Positions 27,101-40,087 are shown, counted from the stretch's first letter. The stretch: 64,000 nucleotides of DNA from Gnetum montanum (GCA_015680685.1 MNCI01002242.1:443478-507477), one strand, 5' to 3'. The notes: a model not told the origin generated them from the letters alone. Program-made: numbers and translations.

Positions 27101-27500
27101 GACATCAAGCTAGTTTTATGGTCGATTCCTCGAAGACCAAGTCATTTTGATGTAGGAGATTCTTCACTCGTTGCAAAATGCTAGTTACCTAGGTATGTGT
27201 CTCAAGCTAGGCATTACAAAAGCGTATGATACGGTTTGCTGGGAAGCTTTTTGGGAAATTATGCTGCGTAAGGGATTTCGTCATAAATTTGTTAATTTAT
27301 GCATTCATTTGCAATCCTTAGGGCATATTCTTTTGATATTGAAGGGAAACTTTGGGTGTTTTCATCCTCCAGCTAGGGTCTGAGACAAGGGGACCCTCTT
27401 TCACCCTGTATGTTTACTCTTGCAATCAACACATTGCTATCCTATTGCAAGATGGAAGGTGTCAGAGGGTTGGAGATTACAGGGAGGCTGGGGTCCTTGG
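24120..27500 (+). mobile_element. L1-clade LINE (ORF1, APE, partial RT), 3' part missing
   Basis: ORF1 MELSLIGKF...W (DUF4283-like) with zinc-knuckle remnant. ORF2 ATG at 25552 (MRILS.NCRG), EGDRNTWFF, KAHGPNG, LKLGITKAYDTV, GLRQGDPL. Confidence 0.9.
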
Positions 27501-28762
27501 GGTGCTGAAGTTTCAGGATGTTTTGTTGACTTAAGTTTAAAATTCTTGCATTGTGACAAGAAAGAAAAACGAAAGGGAGAAAAAATGCATCTGCATCAGG
27601 CTATATAAATTCATGATAGTCAAAATAAACTTGTTAGCGATATGTTTCTATGCTGCCCTGTGAAGGTAAATGGATTTTTCACCTCGACATTCTGTCATTA
27701 ACTGTTGAGGGCAATGGTGTTCTTCCTCTAAGTTCTCTACTATTTATTTTACTGTCAGTAGCTGGATCGATTCCTTCCCAAGATGCTAATCTAATATTTT
27801 TTTTCCTTGTAACACTCAGTATCAGGGACAGAAAATTCTAATGTACACTTCGCAATGATCCAGCTTGACCAAAGCATTCCTACGTAAGTAACCTACAGGT
27901 TTCTTATTATTTCTTGCCATCATTTCTGTATGTGTGATATGTATGAATATTTTACACTGATGCTAGTGTGAATCACTGCTGAAAAAAACTCTCAACGTTA
28001 ATTTTAAAGTACAGTCGCCTTCCACAACATAACATTACAAGGATATGACAGGTAAGATTGGCTTCAGAATACTAGAGGATAGTGACATTTTTTAAAGATC
28101 AGTAACCAGTGCTGATATGAAACTGTTGAAAACTCATTTCAAAATTGGCTTGTGAATACAAATATGTCAAAATCATCTACCAGTAGAGATGGTTTGGAGA
28201 AGAAAGAAAGCAACACTTTGTTGCATTGAATGAATTGTTTGTATAGATAACACATAGGGTGTCTAGATGCACATGACATGGCATGGCTATGTTGGAACTT
28301 TGAACTGAAGAAGTTTTAATAATTTTAACTTCCTGCATAAGTAATGTTCCCCTGGTCCAATGAACACAAGGTTGACATATAGCATTATATGTGCCCTAAC
28401 AATTACATTTATATTACCCTTCTCTGAAGATCATTTCAATCCTGAAGTATCACATTTCAAGAAAATTTATTGTCATCAAATCCTAGTGTTATAGAGAGCA
28501 TGGGACTGTGAGGATGATTTAACTTGTGCAGTTGTTAAACTTTTGAAATATAAAGTGCATTTTGGTGAATAGAACATTATTTATCATCACTTTCATAGTT
28601 GCTGGTACGATGTTTTGCATTTTTGCAGTTTGTTTATACATCTTGGATATAAACAGTTCAATGTTGGAATTCTGGAAATTTAAGAGTATTATTTCATGTA
28701 TCTCTTGAATATTTTTCATGTTAGAGGTTAGTGTAATTCCTCATATTTATTGTTTTTGGCAG

Positions 28763-28860
28763 GGATCTGAACTTCTCAAATTGTACCCTGGTGATCACGA
28801 TGGGAATACAACCTATTACTCCACATATCATGGTCATAAATCACGAATTACTTGTTTAAG
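28763..28860 (+). CDS. Host gene exon A (internal), plant F-box/WD40-repeat protein
   Basis: tttttggcAG|GGATCT...TTAAG|GTgtga. Translates GSELLKLYPGDHDGNTTYYSTYHGHKSRITCL(R), resembling the 'GS...HNARITCMR' segment I recall from the plant F-box/WD40 family. Its phase-2 end joins exon B in frame. Confidence 0.88.
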
Positions 28861-28921
28861 GTGTGAAACCCTATACAGAAGTAATTATTCTTAAAATGCA
28901 TGTAAGTTAATTTTATGACGG

Positions 28922-29402
28922 TTATTTGCTGTACGTCCATGCGTTTCCACCTAGATGGGGGGATGTTGGCTGAGGAGCAGAGTCGTCGAGAGCTTGCCAT
29001 GCAAGCAATTCAGCAGGCAGCCAATTTCATGGATTCTGAATTGCACTGTAATACTTTGGATATCCTCCACGCTCTCGAGCATCCACACTGCATGTGTTAT
29101 AGGCTGCTGGCACATTTGTAGTCTCCCTCCTTAGGGTTGGGATACTGTTCCTGCTATTTCTAGTTGGCCAATTTGGCCTTGTTTTGTGCTGTGGGTCCAT
29201 AATGTATGATTTTTTTTTTGGTTTTGTGGGAGAGAGAGGGGGGGTGGGAGATGGGGGATGGTGATTGGGGTTTAACGGCTGCTTGGGGTTCTTCCCCTAA
29301 TCACAGGTAAATCCGTGTTGGCCACCTCTGGTGGCCCAATTTTGTAATTTTAGCTTTTCTTTCTAGTAATTTAAACCTGAACATTCTCTCAAAAAAAAAA
29401 AA
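28922..29402 (+). mobile_element. 5'-truncated LINE 3' end (half J-domain, CxC tail, 3' UTR, poly(A))
   Basis: Encodes MRFHLDGG...IQQAANFMDSELHCNTLDILHALEHPHCMC. Poly(A) 29391-29402. ATGACGG TSD at ~28915-28921 and ~29402-29408. Inserted about 60 bp after the exon A donor. Confidence 0.85.
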
Positions 29403-29641
29403 TGACGGATTAGTGATTGACCCTTTTGAAACAAGGGTTTTTGACATTTCGGAGAATGTTATTTTTTGTTAAGATATTGATATTTAATACAATGTTTTAC
29501 TATTCATTGTATTGTTTTTGTATATTTACCATAAAACTGATTTATCAACTGTATTGATCATTCATATGCAATAAAAAAAGTTCACTTTACCATCTAAAAT
29601 AAATTTCACCAATTCCAGCTATATTAACAAGCTAACAGTTT

Positions 29642-29817
29642 CTGTCTTTGAGTTTGCTCAGTTTTGCTGTTTCTTCCGGGGGGGTGCCCCCCTTGGGCCT
29701 CCCGCGCCCCCCCCCCCCGNNNNNNNNNNNNNNNNNNNNNNNNNNNNNNNNNNNNNNNNNNNNNNNNNNNNNNNNNNNNNNNNNNNNNNNNNNAAAAAAA
29801 AAAAAAAAAAAAAAAAA
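29642..29817 (+). mobile_element. Short, young non-LTR insertion (LINE-like 3' UTR plus poly(A)) spanning an assembly gap
   Basis: Perfect 16-bp TSD AACAAGCTAACAGTTT (29626-29641 and 29816-29831), pure A24 tail, N-run 29720-29793. Confidence 0.8.
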
Positions 29818-30404
29818 CAAGCTAACAGTTTAACACTGGTTGATTGGCCAGACACTGATATATAGTTTCTCCATCCACAAAGAAGTTCTTGACTTGAGAA
29901 CCATTTGTCTCAAAGAGGCAGGCCTAGCCTTGGTCATGTTTTACATTGATCTGTCTTGACTTGGAACAGTGGGCAACCAATTTACATGTTTTTAGTGAAA
30001 GCCTTTGATGCAGGGGCGTGTTAGGATGAAATCAAATCTTTCTGTTACACAGCTGATGTGATAAAGGTACCATGATGAATGATGCGATAAAGGTACCATG
30101 ATGAATGATGATTGTTCAGATATTTTACTAGGCAGATCATAGAATTTTGATAGAGATGTAATGTGTTATGTTTGAAGAATGACATCTTAGATGGCTCAGT
30201 TCTGACCAAAAAGGATTGGATATTGAACCTGTTAAAAGAAGTGATTTGGACATCACCTAGCCTGATGTATCAATTCTTAATTGATTGTGTGTGTTTATCT
30301 TATGTTATGTCAGGTTCTTAATGTTTTCAGGGTGTTTCAGGGCCAATGGGAGCTTGTTAAAGAAGTTTGGCTTTCAGAACAGACTTCTTGCTTTTGGCAG
30401 TCCT

Positions 30405-30625
30405 GCTAGAAAAGACGTCTACTCCAAGGGAAAGATGTCTTTGCTATAGGGAAAGATATCTACTTTGCAAATAAGACATCGACTATGCAAGTGTTCAGCT
30501 CTAGAAAGACGTTTACTGTGCAAGTGTTCAGCTTTGGAAAGACGTCTACTCCCAATAAAAGATGTTTACTCGGCAACTCTTTTACATGCAGGAAAGATGT
30601 CTTGTCTGACGATGAGATGTTTTTG
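30405..30625 (+). repeat. Degenerate GAAAGACGTCTACT sub-repeat array within LTR (also at ~34808-35030)
   Basis: About 8-10 copies of an (G)AAAGAYRTCT(AC)T motif at ~21-33 bp spacing in both LTRs. Confidence 0.7.
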
Positions 30626-32580
30626 TGTCAAATTCTAATGGGCATAAATTCATAAGTGAGGCACCATGGGAAGACGAAAAGTCATCTAAAAGTGTATAAA
30701 TAAGTATCCAAGGCCTAAGTTTCAGCAAGAGAGTGCAAGGGTGAAAGAGTGAGAGTGAGAAGAGAGAGTTGAGAGGCTAATTATCTAACCATGCTCCTTG
30801 AGAGATTGGAGAGGTTTCTTTGAGTGTTTGTGAGTTAGTGCTTGTGTGTAGTGAGGATTTGATTAAATTACTTGTCTATCCTTGGGAGTGAACAAGTTTC
30901 CTTTGTGCTTTGTACTATTTTCTTTAAGCAATAATAAAGTTCCTCTTTTTCTTTCTTGTTCACATTTGGCTTGGTTGTGATTTGAGAGAGCTTGGATTGT
31001 GGAATCCAAGCGAGCTCCTCATTAGATTGATATTGGAGCATTGGCTTTGATTGAAGGTAGTTTAATTCAAATGGAGAATCCTCACCCCAGTTGCAAGGAA
31101 TCACTTCTCATATCATCAAGTTTGGTTTGAATCACAATTGTTTGTCTTTCCATACTTAGGATTTGGAAAAATTCCTTTGATCCATAAGTTGGACATATCT
31201 TTAAAGATCTTGGAAATAATATTAGAATTGGATATCCATTTGGATTTGAACAATTTGAGTTCTTTTCCACTAAGATTCTAATGATACTTGTTTCTTTACC
31301 TTGAATTCTCTTCATTTTTTGCATCTATTTGTAGAATTTTGCGGAATTTACCTTTTTAGGTCATTATCATTGTGGCTTCAAAGAAGACAATTCAAGCTCT
31401 TGCAAAAGACATGGAAGACATAAGAAATGCTCTCAAACTCATTGTTGATAAACTTGAAAAGATGGAAGAGAATAGAGAACGTGCTTCTTCTTCAAAGGCA
31501 TCTAGGCAAGGGAATAACTCAAGTGATTCTTTAGCAAAGGCTTCTTCAAGACATTCCTCCATGCTTCCCTTAAAGATGATTTTCCTTTTGAGAATGAAGA
31601 CTTTGGAGAGGATGAAGAGCAAGATGATGAGCCTCTTTATGCTCCAAGTGTTAACTATAAGTCTTAAAGGTTCATCTTTCTAAGGAAAGGGATAAAAGAA
31701 CTTCTAAGGAAACAAGGTGAAAGAATTGAGCTTGCTCTTGCCAAAGCTTTTAGACATGCTCATTGAATGCCTCATGTTGAAGTTAAATCCTTCAATGGAA
31801 TGGAAGGTACTAAATCCATTCTCTATTGGCTTAAGATGATCAACAAATATTTTGAGCTTAAAGATGTAGAAGATTATCAAAATGTGTTAGATGTTGAAAC
31901 CAAGCTTGAAGGTAGGGCATTAATATGGTGGGAGAAAGAAAGTCATTCTTATGTGGTGAATAATGATGCTCCTATTAAAGATTAGTCTCTCATGTAATTC
32001 ATGTTCAAGCAAAGGTTTGAAAAGTGTCATCATAGACAAGAGGCTATACAAAGCTTGAAATATGACACAAGGAGGCATAAGTGTAAAAAAATATTACATG
32101 GAATTTTGCAAGGCTTTTCAACAAGTTAAGCTACATTGGAATGCATATAAATAGACTTCTAACTTCCAAGGTGGATTAAAGAAGAATTCCAACAAGAACT
32201 TACCTTCTATGAACCTCAAACCTTGGATGAGGCTTTTGATTTGGTTCTTAAGGCTGAAATGAAACTCCAAGGCTTCAACAAAGTTCCCAAGGCTTTCAAA
32301 GAGAAAGGCAAAGACTCCAAAGCTTCTAAGGGAGATACATGAGTAAAGGAAAAAGGTAATGCCAAGGATAATTTGCATGAGAAGCAAGAGAAGACTAAGG
32401 AAGGCTGAGATTCCAAGAAAGACACATCCAAGAAGGGGAAAGGTCAAGGAAATGACAATGTTTCAATTGTGGAGAGCTAGGACATAAGCAATGGAAATGT
32501 AAGAAACCTAAGTCTTCAAAGAACAAGGAACTTCAAACTTTGAAGAAAGGGAAGTCTTCAAATGAAGGTAATCCTAATGC

Positions 32581-34455
32581 TTTAATTTTCTAAAGATAAT
32601 GTTGGGGATTAAATTACTGGAAAAGGTCAAATAAAATTACAAATTACAATTTTGGGCCACTAGCAAGTTGCCAATCGGACCAGGGAAAAGGTTAGGGAAA
32701 AACAGACATCCCTGACCTCAGCCTGGTCGCCTTCTAGTCTAGACCCAAATGGACCTCAGGGATTTGCTAAGGCAACATTGACCCTCGACCCTCACACCAA
32801 GACACAATAGACACACAACACCAAACGAAACAAAGGCCAAAATGGCCAAGAGGCAACCAACTAGAAATGCATCCCCCCACACAAGTGGGATCTGAACACA
32901 AACGGGGCCCAGAAGACCCAGGAGCCTAGGCAACGCGTGACATTTGCACTACGGCTGCTCGAGAGTGTGGAGGATATCCAAGGTATTGCGATGCAGCTTA
33001 GATTCCACAAAATTAGCTGCATGTTGGAACTTCTACAAGGCGGCCTCATGATGACCCCGCTCCTTAGCCAACCCCCCACCATCTGGGTAGAAATGTGTGG
33101 ATGTATGGTGGATGTGCTGCTTGAGAGCCACCCAAGAGCACTTGCAGTTTATGCCCAACACAACATATGGGCATCTCCCCTCATGAAGCCACTGTCGCAT
33201 GCTCTGCTCATGTGCCCTATCTAGTTGTCACTATCTTTGTCTCTCTTCTTCTTGCTCTTGAGCTTGTTGCACTTGTTCCGTTTGCGCGCAACTTCCTCTT
33301 GCAACAACTCCTCATGAACTTGGCTACGAAGCTCGTCCACCAGCTAGGCACGAGACCTCTCCACGAGCAGGGCTTGTTGTCGAAGCAGCTCCTGCTCCTA
33401 TTCGTGGAAACAGGTCTCTAGGTTAGCTTGTGCCTGTAGGAGGGTTTCCTCCCACCGGGCCTCCCAAGCCTGTCACTCCTCAGCTTGAGCCGTGGCTACT
33501 ACCTCCTTCGCAACATGGTTGAGCTTTGCCGTAAGCAACACATCCCTTCCAGACTCCTCGGGTTGAAACGCATCCACCACGGCCATAGTGGCTGACCCTC
33601 AAAGGCCGGCCTGCTTCCACATGTAGACCATCATAGGCATCAAACCAACCTTGGACTAGGAAGAGCCAAAAGCACCCACCACTAGCCGTGCCTCTATCGT
33701 CCCTCGTCAAATGGCTAAAATAAGCCCAGAATGGTGCTCCCTCTTCTGCTATTGCAAGAAAGCCAAGAAGTGGGGCATGTTGACTTTGAGCTCGAATTTC
33801 AAGCATTTTAGTAATGCAAAGTGTGTATCCTAAAGCTTGGACCTATTGCTAGACTGGACAAAGAAATAATTAACTAGCTTAGCAGCTCAACCCCAAACCG
33901 GTGGTAGAGCAGATTTGGGCACTTGCTGACTCTGCGTGCGTGGCACTGGCCCATCAAAGAACAAGTTAGCATCTTGTAACCCTCGGGCAGTGGACAAAAT
34001 AATTTTGCCATCTACTTGGGCCCCCATATACCTAGCGATCATCATTTCTGTTAGCGTGATTTCCATGCCTTGGAACTTCGTTCGATTATCTAGCTAGTTG
34101 GTGAAAAAGGTGTCATCAGGGAGGGCCGGGTCACCTATCAGCCATGGGAGGATAGAATCCCACCCACACCACTTGACCAACCCCTAGAGGTCGGTGTGAG
34201 CATGAAACGCCACATAGTTTGACTCGTATGTCGACGTTACCTCCATTGCCGCCATGATTTTTGCCCATGCTCTTTTGGTCCAGGAAGCCACTTGCACAAA
34301 GAAGGGGGGGGGGGGGGGGGGTCGGGCGCACACGTTGTTGTCAAAAAATTTTATGATTCCAGATTTTCCATTCTTCCCATAAAAGCAACATGGCCTTGGA
34401 GATTCCCGAGAGCAACATGATCGTAGGCCTTTGCAATGTCCAACTTGAGACATAA
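32581..34455 (-). mobile_element. 5'-truncated LINE copy 3 (zf-RVT tail, extension domain, coiled coil, J-domain, 3' UTR)
   Basis: Minus-strand translation LLWEEWKIWNHKIF...GWDSILPWLIGDP...FALLKCLKFELKVN...CPYVVLGINCKCSWVALKQHIHHTSTHFYPDG. The 3' UTR matches that of 29300-29400. Confidence 0.88.
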
Positions 34456-35519
34456 TCTAGGGAAATTCAAAAGACGCAAGGAGTGGAGGAGCTCCTACAT
34501 GAGGAGCACCTGGTCTTGAAGAACTTGCCCTTGAACAAACCCTGTCTAGTTCAGGAATTTGATTTGTCTATGGGGCTCAATGCCACCCCAAGTGTAAAGC
34601 ATCCTAGAGGATAAGTGTATTTTCAAGGGTGGGGGAGGAGATGATAAGGACATCACCCAACCTGATGGACCCATCTTCAATTGATTGTGTGCATTTTCCT
34701 TGTGTTTTGTCATGTTCTCAATGTTTTTAGGGTGTTCTGGGGCCAATGGATGCTTGTTGGAGAAGTTTGGGCTTCAAAATAAGCATCTTGCTTTTGGCAG
34801 TTTTGCTAGAAAAGATGTCTACTCCAAGGGAAAGATGTCTTTGCTATAGTGAAAGACATATATTCTAGAAGTAAGGCATCTACTGTGAAAGTGTACAGCT
34901 CTGGAAAGACATCTACTTTGATAGAAAGATGTTTATTGTGCAAGTGTTCAGCTTTGGAAAGATGTCTACATTAAATCAAAGATGCCTACTCTGTGATGTG
35001 GAAAGACATCTTCTCTTGCCAAAAGACATCTTGTTTGATGATGTGATGTTCTTGTGTCAAATTTTAATGGGCATAAATTTGTAATTGAGGTGCCATAGGA
35101 AGATGAAAAGTCATCTAAAAGTGTATAAATAGGCATCCAAGGCCTAAGTTTAGGCAAGAGAGTGCAAGGGTGAAATAGTGAGAGTGAGAAGAGAGAGTTC
35201 AGAGGCTGATTGTCTAGTCATCCTACTTGAGAGATTGGAGAGGTCTCTTTAAATAGTTATGAGTGAGTGCTTGCATTGAGTGTGTAGTAAGGGTTTGATT
35301 AAATTACTTGTTTGTCCTTGGAAGTGATCAAGCTTCTTTTGTGCATTGTACTCTTTTCTTTGAACAAGAATAAAGTTCCTATTTTTCATTCTTGTTCACA
35401 TTTGGCATGTTTATGATTTGAGAGAGCTTGGATTATGGAATCCAAGGAAGCTCCTCACCAAAAAGGTTGCAACATTAGAATTGTAGAAAAATCATAAAGC
35501 TGAAGACCAACAAAGATAT

Positions 35520-38500
35520 GTGAAGGAGAAAGGTTGAACGAAGTGATGGGTGGGACCTTGGGCGTGGGTAGGAGCGAGGAGTAGAACGATGTGCTAGAGG
35601 GGAATGGGCACTCCACGGGGAAGGATGACTACTGCCTTGGAGGGATTGATGGGTTGGAGGAGGCTAACACAATAGGACTTGGAGGAAAAAAGGGAGGACT
35701 TGCAGGTTGGCACCCTAAAGATGGGGGAATTGACTCGTTCTCTTAGAGTGAAGGGATCATGAAGCTGCAGGTTAAGTGGTCATCGTTGGAGGGGTTGCGC
35801 ACCATGAAGCTGAGCCTTGTGGGTAAGGTCATTACCTCTAGTGTGAGGTTGAGGCTGGAGTTGGTTAGGAGGTGGGTAGATGTGTCATGGGGATTGAATA
35901 ACATGCAGGTGAGGTCTTTGGTGGGAGACTTGTTATTGTTTGTCTTCTAGAAGATGGAGGATCGGGTTTGGGTGTTGCTGGGAGGACCTTGGTTTTTTAG
36001 GGCTAGGGGGTTGGCCCTCACGCATTGGTGCCTAGGGGCTCATCGGGACCTGGATCTCTCGGGCCACTGTGTGGGTGCGAGTCTTGGGGGTCCTGTGGGA
36101 ACACTAGATTGTGGAGTTCTTGAAGATCCTAGTGGGTTTACAGAATTGAAGGAGAGAATGGGGTATGCAAGAGTCTCCATATGGAGGTCACTATCAACCA
36201 AAAATCTTGTGCGGGAGATCATCTTGGACCTATGCTTTGAGTAGGAAATAGTCACTGTAGAATATGAGGATGTGTTGGTTGATAAGCCCATGGTGGCTCG
36301 GAATGGGCTAATGGTTCCATGTACTGACTATGGAAAAAGTAATCATGTTGTCATAGAATGCAGGGTTCACCCTGAGGTGGTTGGGCCAAAGCAAAAAGCA
36401 GATGCAGAGGGCTAGATGACAATGGGGCGGAGGGACACACTATGCTTGTGGCTGAGGTTGAAGACTCACGACATCAAGAGGCTTTAGGTTCACCTTTTTT
36501 TTGGTGGGGCGGGGCGGGGCATGGGGACTTCTTTCCCCTAAGTCCCCCTAGTGGTGGGGGTTGTTTAGTCATCCTTAAGCCCTGATAGCGTTGGTGCTTG
36601 TTGTACACTCCATGGTGGGGGAGGTGGGGGGAGCTTCCTCCCTTGGGCAATTGTGTGTTGATGGTGTGGGGCTCAACCTTTGCCTAGAATGAAGTTTCCC
36701 AAAAGGATCTAGAGGAAGATAACCATGGTTTCTTGGTTGTGATAGAACCTCAGAAAGTGGGGCATCCATCTTGCCAAGATATATGGAATAGGAAAACACA
36801 ACCGGATATTGAATATCAAAAAATGGTCTACAAGTATATTATGAAGATTCTTTCATGAAATTGTAGGGGCTAGGGTATCCCCTACAAGAGAAGTGCCCTA
36901 AAAGAAATAGTGCATGAGGAAGATTGTACAGTGGTGTGTTTGTAGGAGACCAAACTACACACTAGGGAATGTAATGTGCTGCATTGGAATGGTTGGCAAG
37001 ACCACTTCGAGAGTTGCTAGGGTAGGGCAGGTGGCATGGCGACTCTATCATGTTTGCCTTTTGATCTTGTTGATTCCTCCGCTTGGAGCATCATCATTTT
37101 CCTACCCTTAACAGGTCTATGGCTAAGTAACTTTTATGGTCTGCATGACTAAGCAAAATGTTTGGATGAGTTGATAAGGATCACGAGCTGAATTGGAGGA
37201 ACTAGACTCTGATTGGGGATTTCAACCAGAAGCTTCACACATGGGAAAAGATGCGCAAGGTGGGGGCGATACTAAGCCTTTGCTTGGAAGTCAGCACTTT
37301 CTGTAGTTCCTTCAAACCTATGATTTAATCAACATGGTTATCAAGGGATGTCTTTTTACATGGAGTAATAGGAGAAAAGGGTTGGACCATGTCATGTTAT
37401 TGATTGATAGGGTTTGGATTAGTGTGGGCATTCTTGTTAGCCATGAGGTTGAGGTACAAGGGCATGAACACAAGGCATCTGACTAAAGCTATAGTGTGTA
37501 AAGTGTGAAAATTGAACATGTAAGGATTCACTCCTTTCTGATTTGAAAGATCATGGTTGACAAATTCCTGGATGTGCCCTCTGGTTGCTGACATTTGGGC
37601 AAAGTATCCCTCTTAAATGGAACCCAGGGACTTTTTGAAACATTGGTGGGCCAAACTCAAGTAGGAGATTTGTTCTATGAAAGTGTCTGAAAAATATTCG
37701 TTCATGACCTCTCATACTGAGCTTTAGCAAAAATTGATAGATGTGTAGGCTAGGCAGGAGGTAGGTAAATTGTTGGTGGAAGAGGAGCATGGTTTGTTGG
37801 TTGCACACTAGGAATTGTTGGAAGAAGAGGAGCAATACTAGAAGTAGAGACCTGTCGTCTTTGTGGTACTGTGATGGAAACGATCTGGGGGCTAAATGTA
37901 AACAACACCTATCCTCTTTGTGGTACTGTGATGGAAACGATCTGCCACTTTGCTTATCTTTGCCCTTTCTTTGCTGAAGTTTGGAGAGCTATTGCCATCC
38001 AGCTATCGGTTCTCTTGCATGGTGATATGCCTGCAGTTGCCATTCCTTGGTGTGTTTGGCATGTTCGTAACAAGCTGATTTTTTGGTTGGTGCTGCCCCG
38101 ACTGCCTATGTAGGTAGTAATCCTTGGGTTGTGATTGTGGAAAGAGGTGCTTGTTGCTATCGATGTGATACCAACGCATGAGTCGATGTGCAAGGGCTTC
38201 AAGGGCAAGTAGTGCTATGAGAAATGGTCATGAGGGTGGGCTAGGTTGACCTTCTACCCTTGCTTGTGGGAGATTCGGATCTAGCAGATGGTGCCTTTTA
38301 CAAAAGTTGGATGGGAATTGCATCAATGGGAACATGAACAACGGGTGCATGTTTAGCAGGAGGAGCAATGTTGCATAGAGGCTACCAAGGATGCAAAATG
38401 CCTGCAGGACCTTAGGGAGGCAGCCATAAGGAGTGGGCTGGAGGATGCCTTGTGTGAGTAGATCAAGGACGAGCTGTGTAGGGAAGAACAAGCCCAAAAA

Positions 38501-39008
38501 ATAAGAGTTGAAGAAGAAGAGGAGCAATAGGCTAGAGACATGCTAGAAGAAGAATACATGAGGCAAACCTAGGATGAAGTGCATGAGGCCAATGCCTACG
38601 GGTGGCAGCAAATGAGGTGTTGCCCTTATGTTTTAATGGATGTTAACTGCAACACCGCATGGCATGCCTTACATAGATATATCAAGAAAACGGTGGCCAA
38701 GCTTCATCTTGATGGGGCCGGAGGTGCTAAGGAGTGCATGCAATGGGAAGAGAAATATAAAGAATTCCAAGAGACTACTACTTTTGTCACTTTTGAGCTT
38801 CATTGGGTAGTGTTGGATGCTATCCACATGCAGGAAAGGGCTTGTTGCCTTTGTACGAGATTGCCAAGACACCTCTAATGTTGTTTTCTGGGTGGAGGGT
38901 AGGGCTTGTGCTGTAGGGTCATTTTGCTTTTGCTCTTGGTCATACAACATTGTGAACTGTTTATAATAGAAAACTTCAAATTCTTCTCAAAAATAAAAAA
39001 TAAAAAAT
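35520..39008 (+). mobile_element. LINE copy 4 with large internal deletions (ORF1, APE, RT lost, zf-RVT, extension, J-domain, poly(A))
   Basis: ORF1 MKLSLVGKV (35759-36400), ORF2 start MKILS at 36841, jump from pre-RT region to PLCGTVMETICHFAYLC at ~37850 with a ~58-bp duplication, J-like 38620-38790, A-rich tail 38989-39008. Confidence 0.88.
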
Positions 39009-39010
39009 CT

Positions 39011-39123
39011 AGATAGATTAAAATTTAGTGCTTAATAGAGACAAATGGTGAAGGAACAGTTGATGATATGAATAAATTATAGATAGATTAAAATTTAGTG
39101 CTCAATAGAGACAAATGGTGAAG
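39011..39123. repeat. Local direct duplication (~43 bp, 70-bp period)
   Basis: agatagattaaaatttagtgcTYaatagagacaaatggtgaag occurs twice. Confidence 0.8.
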
Positions 39124-40087
39124 AAAAAACTATTCAACTAACATGTTGTTGGGACGCAGCTAGGATGATGATGCGAATATAGTGTTTTATGCAAAAAGAA
39201 ATTTGTTAGCTGTTAAGATAAAGGAAGAAGTACAAGCTGACACCCCTTAGCTATGAAGAGGTTATCTAAAAGACATGTCTTGGATAAATATGAAGCATGT
39301 CTTGGACATGGGATATAGTTAAAATAAATATAGCTTCTGGATGTAATCGAGGGTAGCAGCCGAATAATAAAGGATAAGTTTATAAATATCTAGAAAGGTT
39401 TTGGCTGACGATAGCTATATTTTTTAAAAATAATCCCTACATGATTGGAATAAAGGGAAAATTTCAGACAAATTTGCATAAAAAAGGAATGAGCTCCCTT
39501 AGTTAAGGTAAGAGGGAAGTGGAAGTGAAACAACAGAACAACGACAATATGTATGTCAGGGCTATGATTTGAAACTCCTCCCAAACTGAAAAATATAAAA
39601 TTAAAAGAAAAAGAAAAAACAAATAAACAAATTGCTATGCCAGGTTTTGCTTGTCAAGCTTTAGTAAAATCAAAAAACGAAAAACAAAAAAATTTGAAGC
39701 CTGTCTAACAATCCTTAATAGAGCATTGACTCCAAACCACATTAAGAATATCGGGAGCCTTGACTCGAGACCTCACACCCAAAAAATTAATAATAATAAA
39801 AGAAAAATTATATTAATAATAAAAAAGAAAAATTAATAATAATAAAAGAAAAACTGCTTTGCCAGATTTTGTTTCATAAGCTTAAGTAAAATCATAAGAA
39901 GCTAAGGCCAAAAAAAAAAAAAAAAAACTTGAACCTTGTCTAACGAGCCTTGATAGAGCATTGACTCCAAACCTCATTTGTAATAATTTGAAACTGCACT
40001 GAGGGACACTTCTTAGACAAACATGTATTTGCCATTTCCTGAGATATTCTAATTTTGAAACTATGCTGATACTATAACACTCTTCTA

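Larger units (their letters stand above)
30242..35460 (+). mobile_element. Old gag-only (non-autonomous) Ty3/gypsy-type LTR element with a nested LINE
   Basis: LTRs 30242-31024 and 34642-35460, near-TSD AGAAG/AAAAG, degenerate Met PBS at ~31028, PPT GGGTGGGGGAGGAGA at ~34627-34641. gag FNG...YWLKMINKYF...LEGRALIWW and CFNCGELGHKQWKC. No pol remnants seen. Confidence 0.82.

Noticed and set aside
27820-27883. Candidate exon (cag|TATCAGGG...CCTAC|gtaagt) upstream of exon A
   Set aside because: The only open frame ends in phase 2, incompatible with the phase-0 start of exon A, and it does not resemble the expected F-box-proximal sequence.
30405-30625. CRISPR-like appearance of spaced short repeats
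   Set aside because: Eukaryotic LTR sub-repeats: degenerate, with repeated spacers, present in both LTRs, and no cas genes.
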